In this document: piece by piece, positions 1 through 9,052 of the stretch
Numbering within the stretch: position 1 is the first letter of the stretch
How the letters are laid out: each line of letters opens with the position of its first letter
Source of the DNA: an uncultured Candidatus Saccharibacteria bacterium
GTDB taxonomy: Bacteria > Patescibacteriota > Saccharimonadia > Saccharimonadales > CAIOMD01
DNA: 64,000 nt
Reading direction: 5' to 3'
Assembly: GCA_903859365.1 (NCBI GenBank)
Contig: CAIOMD010000011.1
Location: 17,467-81,466, forward strand
Notes under the pieces: model-generated
What the model was told of the DNA's origin: nothing
What the model saw: the letters and a program-made list of their open reading frames with translations, nothing else
Database searches by the model: none
Made by a program: the position numbers and the translations under genes

Positions 1-2
1 TC

Positions 3-824
3 CTGAGACTTGAAAAGCGGAATGAGGCTATAGATAAAACGTATGAGATAAACGGAAATAAGAAAAAAAGACCCGGCTTTAGTGATATTGTGCCAACAAT
101 TGTATTCGAGCCTGAGCATATGCGCCTGCTTACCGGGTCACCTGAACACAGAAGAGATTTTTTTGATCAGATGCTAGCAGAAACCGAAGCAAACTTTTCC
201 TCCTTAAAGAATCAATACAAAAGAACCCTCGCTCAAAGAAATAGTCTGCTTAAGCAAAATAGCGCTGTCATTAAAAGCCAAATATTTGCCTGGGACGTGC
301 GATTAAGTGAACTTGCTGGTAAGTTAGTAGCTTCGCGCCAAAAGCTCGTCACAAAGCTTAATGAGCAGCTTGAGCATATATATGGCGAGATAGCAGGCAA
401 AGAAAATAAGGTTGTTTTGCAATATGAAACAAAACTACCTATTGCAACCTATGAAACGAGCCTGCTTGCGAAACTTGAACAAAACTTACATAAGGATATT
501 GAGCGCGGCTTTACCACCTACGGGCCACACAGGGATGACTTCCTGGTGTTACTCGATGACCAGCCCGCAGAACACACCGCATCAAGAGGTGAAACAAGAA
601 CACTTGTTTTGAGTCTCAAGATACTCGAGATAAAAATTATTGAAGAGGCGCGACTCCAAAAACCACTCATCTTGCTTGATGATGTTTTTAGTGAACTCGA
701 CGGCGCACGTAGAAAAGCACTCACTAATTATTTAAAGGATTACCAAACAATTATCACTACAACCGACGCTGATCTAATCGTTAAAGAATTTGCTCAGAAA
801 TGTAATATTATTGGTCTCTATTAA
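3..824 (+). CDS. recF: DNA replication/repair protein RecF, C-terminal ~270 aa (5' end lies upstream of the window)
   Basis: The frame is open from nt 3, before the listed ATG at 90. It contains the GPHRDDF motif and the SMC-like signature/Walker B stretch LILLDDVFSELDGARRKAL typical of RecF. Confidence 0.9.
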   Translation: MRLEKRNEAIDKTYEINGNKKKRPGFSDIVPTIVFEPEHMRLLTGSPEHRRDFFDQMLAETEANFSSLKNQYKRTLAQRNSLLKQNSAVIKSQIFAWDVRLSELAGKLVASRQKLVTKLNEQLEHIYGEIAGKENKVVLQYETKLPIATYETSLLAKLEQNLHKDIERGFTTYGPHRDDFLVLLDDQPAEHTASRGETRTLVLSLKILEIKIIEEARLQKPLILLDDVFSELDGARRKALTNYLKDYQTIITTTDADLIVKEFAQKCNIIGLY

Positions 825-1540
825 TACGGATTAACATAAATGCCATTAAATTCTTTTAAGAGATAATTTTCACTAAAGCCGAGTTGGTAACTAGTAGTAT
901 TAAATCCATTTTGATTAAGCCAAGTTATGGCTTGTGTACGGGCATCACTCACGGCGGCTAACCAGCTTGGACTTCCAGGTTCTGCTGTTGGATTATTGGC
1001 TGGTATTTCAAGCGATGTAATTATAATAAGTGCTTTCTTCTGTCCCGTATTAGGAAGTTTATAGGTTATCTGGTAATTATTTGTTATTAAAGGGAGAAGA
1101 TTGAGTAACGGATAGGTATTGTATGTTGTGTCTTGTTTTGAGAGTTCTCGTTTTTTCTCTTCAGGACTTAATTTTGACTGAGTTACGTATTTTGCCGTGA
1201 ATGTAGTATGAATAGTTAGTTTTTTACCTGAAACAGATGTGACATCAGTAATAGATACAGTAATTTTTTTGCCAATAGCTATTGTCTGATTAAGATATAC
1301 AAATATTTGATTCTTAGACACAGCTACATGATCTAGTATAGATGGGCTAATACTAACCTGACTTTTATCGATATTCCGGAGCCCTTCATTAGTTGAAAAC
1401 ACTATCACTTGTTGTGTAGTTGGGATTGATCCTCCCGCAGGGTCGGAACTGGTAACATGAAATGATAAAACATGATATATAAAAATTGACGTCAACACTA
1501 TTAAAACAAATACAAAAAGACCTATTATTTTTTTCCTCAA
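821..1540 (-). CDS. Membrane-anchored protein of the T4SS locus with a beta-rich, Ig-like (SbsA/Big_5-type) ectodomain; function unknown
   Basis: 239-aa ORF with an N-terminal TM helix (IIGLFVFVLIVLTSIFIY). The segment FHVTSSDPAGGSIP...ITVSITDVTSVSGKKL resembles bacterial Ig-like domains. Its TTG start overlaps the upstream hydrolase stop (TTGA), and its stop overlaps the recF stop (TTAA). Confidence 0.55.
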   Translation of the reverse strand: MRKKIIGLFVFVLIVLTSIFIYHVLSFHVTSSDPAGGSIPTTQQVIVFSTNEGLRNIDKSQVSISPSILDHVAVSKNQIFVYLNQTIAIGKKITVSITDVTSVSGKKLTIHTTFTAKYVTQSKLSPEEKKRELSKQDTTYNTYPLLNLLPLITNNYQITYKLPNTGQKKALIIITSLEIPANNPTAEPGSPSWLAAVSDARTQAITWLNQNGFNTTSYQLGFSENYLLKEFNGIYVNPY

Positions 1541-2817
1541 TTCTTTATCCTCCCGAATCCGATTAATCCTTGATCCCCTGCAATATTTTTAAAACCTTTC
1601 GAGGCTAAAATTTTACTTTGTTCATTACCGCCTATATCGTCAAAAGTATTTCCATTAACCGCAGTCACAATACTTACGTGACCCGGATTGGAAACTGAGC
1701 CATCGGCACCTACCCAAAAAACGACATCTCCGGGTGCAGGTGATTGTGCACCTGCTGCAAAATAAACCTCATTTGCTTTAAAATATTGCTGTAGTTCTGC
1801 GGCTCCAGCATGTAGCCATCCTCCTGCATCTCCTCCGGTGAAAGGAATACCCGCTTGCTTATATACCCAGCTAACAAAACTTGCACACCATGCCTCACAA
1901 ACACCGTTGGTATATTTCAGCATATTCGCATTACAGTCTCCGGCGCTATCATTTCCATAAGGGGCAGGATTAAGTGCCATTTCCTGTTGGGCGATAGAAA
2001 CCACATTAGCTAGTCCTCCTCCACCCGTGCTCGATCCTGAACCACAGCTACTATCTGCTCCGGTGGCTATATATGTTGTTGCAGCGGGTGGAGAGTTGTC
2101 ATAGGTTACTTGGCTTGACGGAGGAAATAGTGGTGGATTTTTTGAAGCTATATAGTTTATGACTCCTTGAGCTACACTCCAGATAGTGTTTACATAATCT
2201 GGCGCTGTGGCGTAACCGGCATTCTCTATTTCAGTTATATATTTGTAAGGATCATGATTAGCGGGAGGTTTTAGCGCATTTGCATATCTCGAATTCTGAG
2301 TAATAAAGAGCCCATAACCCTCGAAACCAGCTTGTGCATTTGGATAAGCTCTAAACGCGGCTTGTATAGTTATCGTCTGGCCATTTACAGATTCCTGAGT
2401 GCTCATCGTTACTGTTGATCCTGTCCAGGATGGGTCGGCCTTAATGCCAAAAAAATTAAAATATTGGCTAGCCAAAGTTGATCGGGCATACCCAGATTCA
2501 ACAATCGCCTGGGCTAGGATAACCTCATAAGGTATGCCGTATTGTTTGCCGATATTGAAAGCAGCCTGCCCATATTTATCTACAAAACTGGCAACATCAT
2601 TTGTGGGCGTTGCGCTTGCCGTATTATTACCAGAACCTGACGAGCTTGAGGAACCTGAAGCACAGCCGTCACTTCCGTCATAATATGGCATACCTTTTAA
2701 TATTGACGTAAGATCATCTTGTGTAACAGCTAAGGCAATAGGACTTACTAAATTAATTAAAAACAAAGATACAAAAAGAAATAAAAATATTTTCATAAAA
2801 TTTATTTTTATTTTCAT
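1537..2817 (-). CDS. Secreted bifunctional peptidoglycan hydrolase: N-acetylglucosaminidase (FlgJ/LytD-type) domain plus C-terminal CHAP amidase/peptidase domain (VirB1/PrgK/TcpG-type functional analogue)
   Basis: It has a signal peptide (FLFLFVSLFLINLVSPIALA). The glucosaminidase motif is AQAIVESGYARSTLASQYFNFFGIKA. The CHAP catalytic Cys context is CEAWCASFVSWVYKQAG, with a later GHVSIV His. A Gly/Ser linker joins the domains. The start overlaps the stop of the upstream gene (TAATG). Confidence 0.8.
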   Translation of the reverse strand: MKIKINFMKIFLFLFVSLFLINLVSPIALAVTQDDLTSILKGMPYYDGSDGCASGSSSSSGSGNNTASATPTNDVASFVDKYGQAAFNIGKQYGIPYEVILAQAIVESGYARSTLASQYFNFFGIKADPSWTGSTVTMSTQESVNGQTITIQAAFRAYPNAQAGFEGYGLFITQNSRYANALKPPANHDPYKYITEIENAGYATAPDYVNTIWSVAQGVINYIASKNPPLFPPSSQVTYDNSPPAATTYIATGADSSCGSGSSTGGGGLANVVSIAQQEMALNPAPYGNDSAGDCNANMLKYTNGVCEAWCASFVSWVYKQAGIPFTGGDAGGWLHAGAAELQQYFKANEVYFAAGAQSPAPGDVVFWVGADGSVSNPGHVSIVTAVNGNTFDDIGGNEQSKILASKGFKNIAGDQGLIGFGRIKN

Positions 2818-5249
2818 TACTTCACCGGGCTCAATCCTTGAATTGATATATTTTGATCAAGAACTGCTTGACGTTTCTGGTCTAATCTCCAACGCAATAC
2901 CATTGAACCATATTGGGGATTATTTGGCCCTAGGGCGTCAGGAGAGCACGCACCTTCAGAGCCTTTATCATTACCGCCAACAACATCACCACTGCTATTT
3001 CGAAGAATAAAGCCACCAGAAAGTAGTGTCCCCATAGTATCTGTAAAACAATGACCGTACTTAGATTGAATTTGATCAACCTCAACTTGATTATCACTTA
3101 GAATTTGAGCATTTTCGAGAATATTATAGGAAGGATCTGAGTTTATAAGATTATTTTCTTCATCAGACCATCCCCATTGCACAATTCCATAATGTTGACC
3201 AACAGAAGTATCGCTAGCTGCAAATGTTTTGGGGCTTATTATTGAAATAATATTACTTAAGCAAGTGCCGAAAGACTGTAGTGCGTGTGTTATAAAATGA
3301 CCAGGTTCAACGATTGCAGTATATCGAAGTTGATTTGTGAATATAGATATTGCTGACCTGTTGTCAGAAAGTGCAAAATATTTTTCAGCAATAGGTTTCT
3401 GAGCTTCTTGTTTATTTAGATACTCCAGGGCGACCTGGTCATGGGTGGCGACATTCTTGTCAGATAATGGTGCTCCGTACATCATTTTCTGTTCTAAGCC
3501 GTTGTTGTTTATGTCCCCGCCCATATCTGCAATATTTCTAAATCCTGGACCGCTAGTAGTTCCACCATCATTCAATTGACCAACTTGTGAAAGTATGAAT
3601 AGTTTCGCTACTATTGTTAAGCCTTCAATTGCAACGAATTGTCTTCCAAATTTTGCAACAAAAGTTCCGGCCCCCTGAAGACCTTCTTTCATAGCTAGAG
3701 CAAACGCCTCTTTGGAAGCAAATGATTCGGTAAAATTCGCAAAAAGATCTTTAACGGCTGTGGATATTGCCAGCTTAAGCGCTGCAACAGTGCCTTCTTC
3801 GCCCGCAGACACTGCTCCATCGCTGAAAGCATCGCCAACCAAACTGGCTGCTGTAATAAAGACACCTAAACCAATTGCTACAGCAGTATTTGTAAAGACG
3901 CTACAGACCTTATTAACACTATTGCTAACAGTATTTACAACGGCATTGTTTCCTCCAAAAAAAGCACCAAATAAAGTGTATTCACCGGTTAGGCTGGCTT
4001 GGGGGCTTTTTTCTGTTGTAGTGTTTGGTGTTTGACCCCGGCTATATTGATCGGGAATGGAATCTCCGGAACCAAGCTTATTATTGAAAGCACCAGCTGC
4101 TTCAGCTGTTGTCTTGCCACTTTTTTGTTGATCCGCCGCTGACTGCACGGCATAAAAAGATTTTAAAGCACTCGTTGACTGTGAATCAATTGCGGGTCCC
4201 TGGTTTACTATTGAACCAGCATAAATTAAGCAAAAAGGTACAGCAATCGCATAAATAGGATCAGCGAAACCGATCGCACTTTTTATAAAACTCGTACCTG
4301 CATCCTTTTCAAGAGCAGATGCCACGCTTGCAGGCAATTCATTGGTTTTTGCAATTTCATCTAAACAAGAATTTGTTTTCAAGCATTCTTCTTCCGCTGC
4401 AGTAACATCACCTGTATCTGTTCCAGTAGCGGTTGGGCTAGGTGTGGGAGTTTCAGAAATTCTGGATACGGAATCTCTAATTTCTTGTATATCGGCTTCA
4501 TCTGCGTTTAAGCCCTTGAATTTAGCTCCAGCCTCTTCCCACCAGTACAATTTTATTCCTGCAGCCTCTCTAATTTGAGATGCCACTGAGCTCCTCACAA
4601 GAGAATTCGAGGATTCTAAGCCTCCGTCAACTGCTCCTCGAATGTTAGCAGCAAAATTAACTCTTTCTGTATATGCTTGAAATGGATGCAATAGTCTGTT
4701 GGTTTCAGGAATATCTATATTTTTTCCATATAACTCAAGGGAAGTAATTCTTGATCTTGTGGCGCCAAAAACAGGAAATTCAGTTTCATTAAAAACTACA
4801 TCTCCGTTCGCACTGAGGTTTCTATAAAGTAAAGAAGGCCTGTATTTGTCGAATTTACCCCATGTTGCGGTTCTCATGCCTGAATATTTTTCATATACAT
4901 TTTGGTACCAATCGCTATCTTTAACGATCCCAGATAGGCTAACCTTTTCTGCATCTATTTCAGCTGAAGTGCTTGCATAATCAAGCGCAGAACTTGCCAT
5001 TCTATATGCAGCGATATTCGCTGCATAATTAGGAATTTTTAATAAAGACATTAACATTAGAATAACCAATATTAACAAAAGACCGACAAGTGCGGGTGCT
5101 ATTATTTTTTTGAGTAGTTTTTTCTGTGATTTCTTTTTTGTGCTTCCGGAACTACGGTAAAAACTTTGGGTTTGCTGTGGAGCAGAAGAGACCTCGGTAT
5201 CTACAGAATCCGCGGAAGAGCTTGTTTCATCACTCACATCATTCGCCAT
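2817..5249 (-). CDS. Large polytopic membrane protein of the T4SS locus (810 aa), no recognisable family
   Basis: The N-terminus is a Ser/Thr/Lys-rich disordered region followed by a TM helix (IIAPALVGLLLILVILMLMSLL). Further hydrophobic segments lie mid-protein (IYAIAVPFCLIYAGSIV; AVAIGLGVFITAASLV; FVAIEGLTIVAKLFILS). A ~200-aa soluble C-terminal region follows. It is co-oriented with and coupled to the hydrolase gene. Confidence 0.6.
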   Translation of the reverse strand: MANDVSDETSSSADSVDTEVSSAPQQTQSFYRSSGSTKKKSQKKLLKKIIAPALVGLLLILVILMLMSLLKIPNYAANIAAYRMASSALDYASTSAEIDAEKVSLSGIVKDSDWYQNVYEKYSGMRTATWGKFDKYRPSLLYRNLSANGDVVFNETEFPVFGATRSRITSLELYGKNIDIPETNRLLHPFQAYTERVNFAANIRGAVDGGLESSNSLVRSSVASQIREAAGIKLYWWEEAGAKFKGLNADEADIQEIRDSVSRISETPTPSPTATGTDTGDVTAAEEECLKTNSCLDEIAKTNELPASVASALEKDAGTSFIKSAIGFADPIYAIAVPFCLIYAGSIVNQGPAIDSQSTSALKSFYAVQSAADQQKSGKTTAEAAGAFNNKLGSGDSIPDQYSRGQTPNTTTEKSPQASLTGEYTLFGAFFGGNNAVVNTVSNSVNKVCSVFTNTAVAIGLGVFITAASLVGDAFSDGAVSAGEEGTVAALKLAISTAVKDLFANFTESFASKEAFALAMKEGLQGAGTFVAKFGRQFVAIEGLTIVAKLFILSQVGQLNDGGTTSGPGFRNIADMGGDINNNGLEQKMMYGAPLSDKNVATHDQVALEYLNKQEAQKPIAEKYFALSDNRSAISIFTNQLRYTAIVEPGHFITHALQSFGTCLSNIISIISPKTFAASDTSVGQHYGIVQWGWSDEENNLINSDPSYNILENAQILSDNQVEVDQIQSKYGHCFTDTMGTLLSGGFILRNSSGDVVGGNDKGSEGACSPDALGPNNPQYGSMVLRWRLDQKRQAVLDQNISIQGLSPVK

Positions 5250-5332
5250 GTTGAATATTTACCCCTAAGTTTTTAAACTATACTCTAATTATAACTTATG
5301 CTTAATTAATTAGGCTGTTATTTTTATCTTTT

Positions 5333-7228
5333 TTAGAACGTTCCTGAGGAGGGCTGATTTAAAGGAATTTGACCCTGCTGTTCGATTGCTTTCACTTCTG
5401 TGGGGTTGGTTGTTATGAGCTGAGTCTCACTTGGGCTGGCAATAACCTGAATGTGCACATGATTTTGTCCTGCAAAGAATAGACCTTGCCCCACTGGGAA
5501 TTGACTAAGACGCTTCTTCTCTTCGCTAGTCAGTTTGAAGACGTCAGCAAGCTTGTCGATCGCACTAGGACTTTGTTTTAGTAGAAGCTGCATCGATGCG
5601 TTAGCGACAATCGCTCGACCCATCCTAGACTCTATGAAGTCTTCAACATCCTGAGAGATCGTGGTAATACCGAGTGCATACTTTCGAGCACGCTTTGCGA
5701 GGCTAAAAATGAAACTGGCACTGTCTTCGTATTTCATGAATTGCCACGCTTCATCAATAACGAGGATTCTTTTTCTCTTATCAACCTTGGTCTTATTCCA
5801 TATAAAGTTAAGAACAATATACATAGCAACGGGCCGCAGCTCATCTTCCAGGTCACGAATATTAAATACAGCAAAAGGGTTGTTGATATCTATGTTACTT
5901 TGTTGACTAAAAATACCTGCAAAAGTACCGGTAGTATATTTACGAAGACGTTGAGCAAGTTGCGGGCCTGTACCACCAGCGTGTAGTAGTGTCTCATAAA
6001 GATCTGCGATCGTAGGAGGGGTGGACATATGAGTAAGCGGATCATTGGTGATCCCAGCCTTAGCATATGTTTCTATTAAAGCAGCGTCAAGATCGGCTTC
6101 CTCGACGGGAGAGAGTGCTGGAGCAACTTGCGCATTAGATCCCAGCATCTGGGACTGTGCCCCGCCCATCATAAGACGTAGTAGACCATGCAGAGTAATA
6201 AGATTGCTCCTCAGTGCATTATCTGCCTCTTCGGCATCAATAACTTTCGGAAGTTCAAATGGATTAATTCGTGTTGGGGAACCAAGCGATAGCTTAACGT
6301 AGGCCCCACCCACGGCTTCGGCCATCCGTTGATATTCATTTTCTGGATCCAGCACGAAAACTTCTACGCCCATCATCAGGCTTCTTAAAATCTCAAGTTT
6401 AACTGCAAAGCTTTTACCTGCTCCAGATTTAGCGAACACGACGCTATTGCCGTTTTCCAAGCTAAATCTATCAAAAATAACCAGGCCACTATTATGCATA
6501 TTAATACCGTATAAAATGCCATGGTCATCAGTTAGATCTGCACTCGTAAACGGAAAGGTTGTACTAAGCGCTCCAGTATTTACGTTTCGGCGAATCTGCA
6601 ACTGATCAACAAACTGAGGAAGTACACTATTAAGGCCTTGTTCTTGTTGGGCAGAAGCAGGTTTTGAATACACAAGTTGTTGGCCAAGCATCGACTCCAC
6701 TTTGTGGGTTACAAATTCAAGCTCATCCATAGAGTTGCCATAGATAGTGAAGTAAAATCCAAGCCTAAAGAAGCGCTCTTCCCCGACCTGCAGCTTATCT
6801 CGCATCTCTTCAGCGTCCATTACGGCAGCCTCTTTACCCGGATCTCTAACTTTACCCTTTTCGGCATCAATTTGAATGCCAGCTTCTAGCTGACCTACTT
6901 TTTTCCGCAGGTTTTCAAGCACTACTTGGCTCTCGACAGGGTAGACGTAGAGCGTCATATCCATTACTTCGTCAAGATTTATCATGCCACTAAGCCAACC
7001 GGTATAGATTTGGCGAGGATACCCGTATACATAAAATGTTCGAGCAAACCTTGTACCTATTTGAAAATAGCTACTTGAAAACTCCAAAGAACTTGGAGCT
7101 ATAAAATCTCTGAGTGCTGTAATTCCCTTTTGGAACGCAGACTGAGTCTCTTGTTGTTCTAAGATTCTTTGTTGTTCAGCCAGCGCAACAGGATCTAGTG
7201 GTGCTTGTTTCTTTTTCCCAAATGCCAT
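5333..7228 (-). CDS. virB4: VirB4/TrsE/PrgJ-family T4SS ATPase (C-terminal two thirds of a full-length Gram-positive VirB4)
   Basis: Walker A is VVFAKSGAGKSFAV and Walker B is RILVIDEAWQFM, followed by TTISQDVEDF. The pre-ATPase region YFQIGTRFARTFYVYGYPRQIYTGWL is typical of Gram-positive VirB4 proteins. Confidence 0.85.
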   Translation of the reverse strand: MAFGKKKQAPLDPVALAEQQRILEQQETQSAFQKGITALRDFIAPSSLEFSSSYFQIGTRFARTFYVYGYPRQIYTGWLSGMINLDEVMDMTLYVYPVESQVVLENLRKKVGQLEAGIQIDAEKGKVRDPGKEAAVMDAEEMRDKLQVGEERFFRLGFYFTIYGNSMDELEFVTHKVESMLGQQLVYSKPASAQQEQGLNSVLPQFVDQLQIRRNVNTGALSTTFPFTSADLTDDHGILYGINMHNSGLVIFDRFSLENGNSVVFAKSGAGKSFAVKLEILRSLMMGVEVFVLDPENEYQRMAEAVGGAYVKLSLGSPTRINPFELPKVIDAEEADNALRSNLITLHGLLRLMMGGAQSQMLGSNAQVAPALSPVEEADLDAALIETYAKAGITNDPLTHMSTPPTIADLYETLLHAGGTGPQLAQRLRKYTTGTFAGIFSQQSNIDINNPFAVFNIRDLEDELRPVAMYIVLNFIWNKTKVDKRKRILVIDEAWQFMKYEDSASFIFSLAKRARKYALGITTISQDVEDFIESRMGRAIVANASMQLLLKQSPSAIDKLADVFKLTSEEKKRLSQFPVGQGLFFAGQNHVHIQVIASPSETQLITTNPTEVKAIEQQGQIPLNQPSSGTF

Positions 7229-7244
7229 TATTTTATAGCTCCTG

Positions 7245-8057
7245 TCATGATGGTAATTCCCTTGCCATATTTGGTTGTGGTGCTTGTCCGACTCCTTGGG
7301 TTACGACAGGTACAGATAAATCAGAAAAGTTCTTTAATTGTTGTCTAGTCGCCGTATCAGGGTTGTAGGCGTCATAATAGAGCTCAATAAGCTCCTGCGT
7401 ATCCAATGGTAGCCCTTGGACACCCGCTTGCATAAGGCCGTTTAGTGCTGCTTGAACTCTATTCCTGAGCTCAGTTTTTGCATTTTCTAGAGTACCTTCG
7501 TCAATCGTGATAACCTGCTCTTTCTTGCCAAAAATACCAGTAAAAAGATTCTTGCTTTCTTGAACTGCTTTTTGTGCATCAGGAACAGGAAAGTACGGAA
7601 TACAGATATAGAATTTTTTATCCATGATATTTGTCTGTGCAGCCAGATTATCCATAAAGTTTATATAATCATCCATGAGTAGTGCCAAAAGCATATTATC
7701 GTGCTCCCCGCGAATCTTCTCTAGCTTATCTAAATAAGGCCCAAGGTCTACCTTCTGGGATCGAATAAAGATTTGTATAGGAAAGTACAGTGAGTTAAGA
7801 AACCCTTGATAGGCGAACTCAACTCCTTCTCGCTCTTGAGGGCTCATAAGGTCAAAATTAATACTTTTGAGCATTAAAACGCTTCTAAATGAACCGTCAT
7901 TCATGATAACCACGCCATCACGGATTTCGTTTATCTGTAGGCTATTTTGGCTGCTATTTTTTCCCGCCTTGGAGACAGGTTTATTTACGCCATTAGCAGG
8001 TACCCCATTCGTACCTTGGCCAGCTGTTGTATTAGTTCTTTGCGGATTCATTGTCAT
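7245..8057 (-). CDS. Protein resembling the N-terminal domain of PrgJ/TrsE-type VirB4 (encoded separately)
   Basis: The segment NSLQINEIRDGVVIMNDGSFRSVLMLKSINFDLMSPQEREGVEFAYQGFLNSLYFPIQIFI matches the pattern I recall at the N-terminus of Gram-positive VirB4 proteins. It lies 16 nt upstream of the ATPase ORF in a different frame. The ATPase ORF has its own GGAG Shine-Dalgarno (SD) sequence. Confidence 0.55.
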   Translation of the reverse strand: MTMNPQRTNTTAGQGTNGVPANGVNKPVSKAGKNSSQNSLQINEIRDGVVIMNDGSFRSVLMLKSINFDLMSPQEREGVEFAYQGFLNSLYFPIQIFIRSQKVDLGPYLDKLEKIRGEHDNMLLALLMDDYINFMDNLAAQTNIMDKKFYICIPYFPVPDAQKAVQESKNLFTGIFGKKEQVITIDEGTLENAKTELRNRVQAALNGLMQAGVQGLPLDTQELIELYYDAYNPDTATRQQLKNFSDLSVPVVTQGVGQAPQPNMARELPS

Positions 8058-8092
8058 GCCTATATCTTTTTATTGAATAAAAATATTCCACC

Positions 8093-9046
8093 CTAACGAA
8101 GATTAATCACCACGTCACCGTTCGCTTCAGTTAGTTGCGAGGAAGGTACCTCGTGAGTAACAATTTTTTTGGTGTTTACCTCGTTAACTATAGCAGGCTT
8201 GGATTCGGCTGTCATCGGCTGATGTGCTATTTTTACAAACGAAGGAGGATCCGCTATCGGGCTTACTGATTTATGGTGCGCATGACTCAGTTCTCTGTTT
8301 ACTTCGTCATTTTTCATCTTCTTCTCAAGAATAGTGGCTATCATTTCTTTTTCAGCCATATCTTCTTTCGGCTCGCTTACACGTGTTTCGTTACGCAATC
8401 GATTCATCTTCTCCATAAGTGCATCACGCTGCGCTTTTTCTGCCGCTGCAACCATGTTCGAGAAGTTTTGAGCAACATGGTTGCTATTTTCGTCTAGGAT
8501 GTCGTCTGACGGGCTTACATCTACCGCCTGCATCGTTTGGGGTAAGTTGGATGTGCTTACAAGACGGTCGGCACTTTCATTGATGTAATCCGGCTCAAAC
8601 GCGATATTGACATCAGCATTCTTAATGGCCCAGCCACGACTATCCAGCGTATCAGCGAGGACCTTTAATCTACTTCTCACCTGATCCTGGTTAAGTCCGT
8701 CTGTATAAATTTTTTCTAACTTTTTAGGTACTGTAATATTAACCAGATTCTTGATTTCTGACTGAAGCCAAACTCGTTTATGAGGTTTTAGGAAAAATCT
8801 AATTCTTGCAGCCAACCAAACATCTGTAGATTGGTAGCCCCCAATGGGTGCCGCCAGTATCCCAAATATTGCGACAAAAGGAAGTACAGGTATAACGGCA
8901 AAAAGCTGACCGGTCTTAGAGGCGAGTATGTAGCCCAGAAAGGCGAAACCGACAGCGACCAGTGCAAAGATAAACTGTTTAAGCGAAAGTGGCCCAAACA
9001 ACTTATCTTCTGCTTCAATATCTTGTATTACTTTATAGGTTGCCAT
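8093..9046 (-). CDS. PrgI/TcpE (VirB3-like) family membrane protein with a long C-terminal extension
   Basis: The N-terminus YKVIQDIEAEDKLFGPLSLKQFIFALVAVGFAFLGYIL plus a second TM helix (FAVIPVLPFVAIFGILAAPIG) fits the PrgI-family hairpin. It sits immediately upstream of the VirB4 genes, as in Gram-positive T4SS operons. A ~220-aa charged tail follows. Confidence 0.6.
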   Translation of the reverse strand: MATYKVIQDIEAEDKLFGPLSLKQFIFALVAVGFAFLGYILASKTGQLFAVIPVLPFVAIFGILAAPIGGYQSTDVWLAARIRFFLKPHKRVWLQSEIKNLVNITVPKKLEKIYTDGLNQDQVRSRLKVLADTLDSRGWAIKNADVNIAFEPDYINESADRLVSTSNLPQTMQAVDVSPSDDILDENSNHVAQNFSNMVAAAEKAQRDALMEKMNRLRNETRVSEPKEDMAEKEMIATILEKKMKNDEVNRELSHAHHKSVSPIADPPSFVKIAHQPMTAESKPAIVNEVNTKKIVTHEVPSSQLTEANGDVVINLR

Positions 9047-9052
9047 ATTTTA

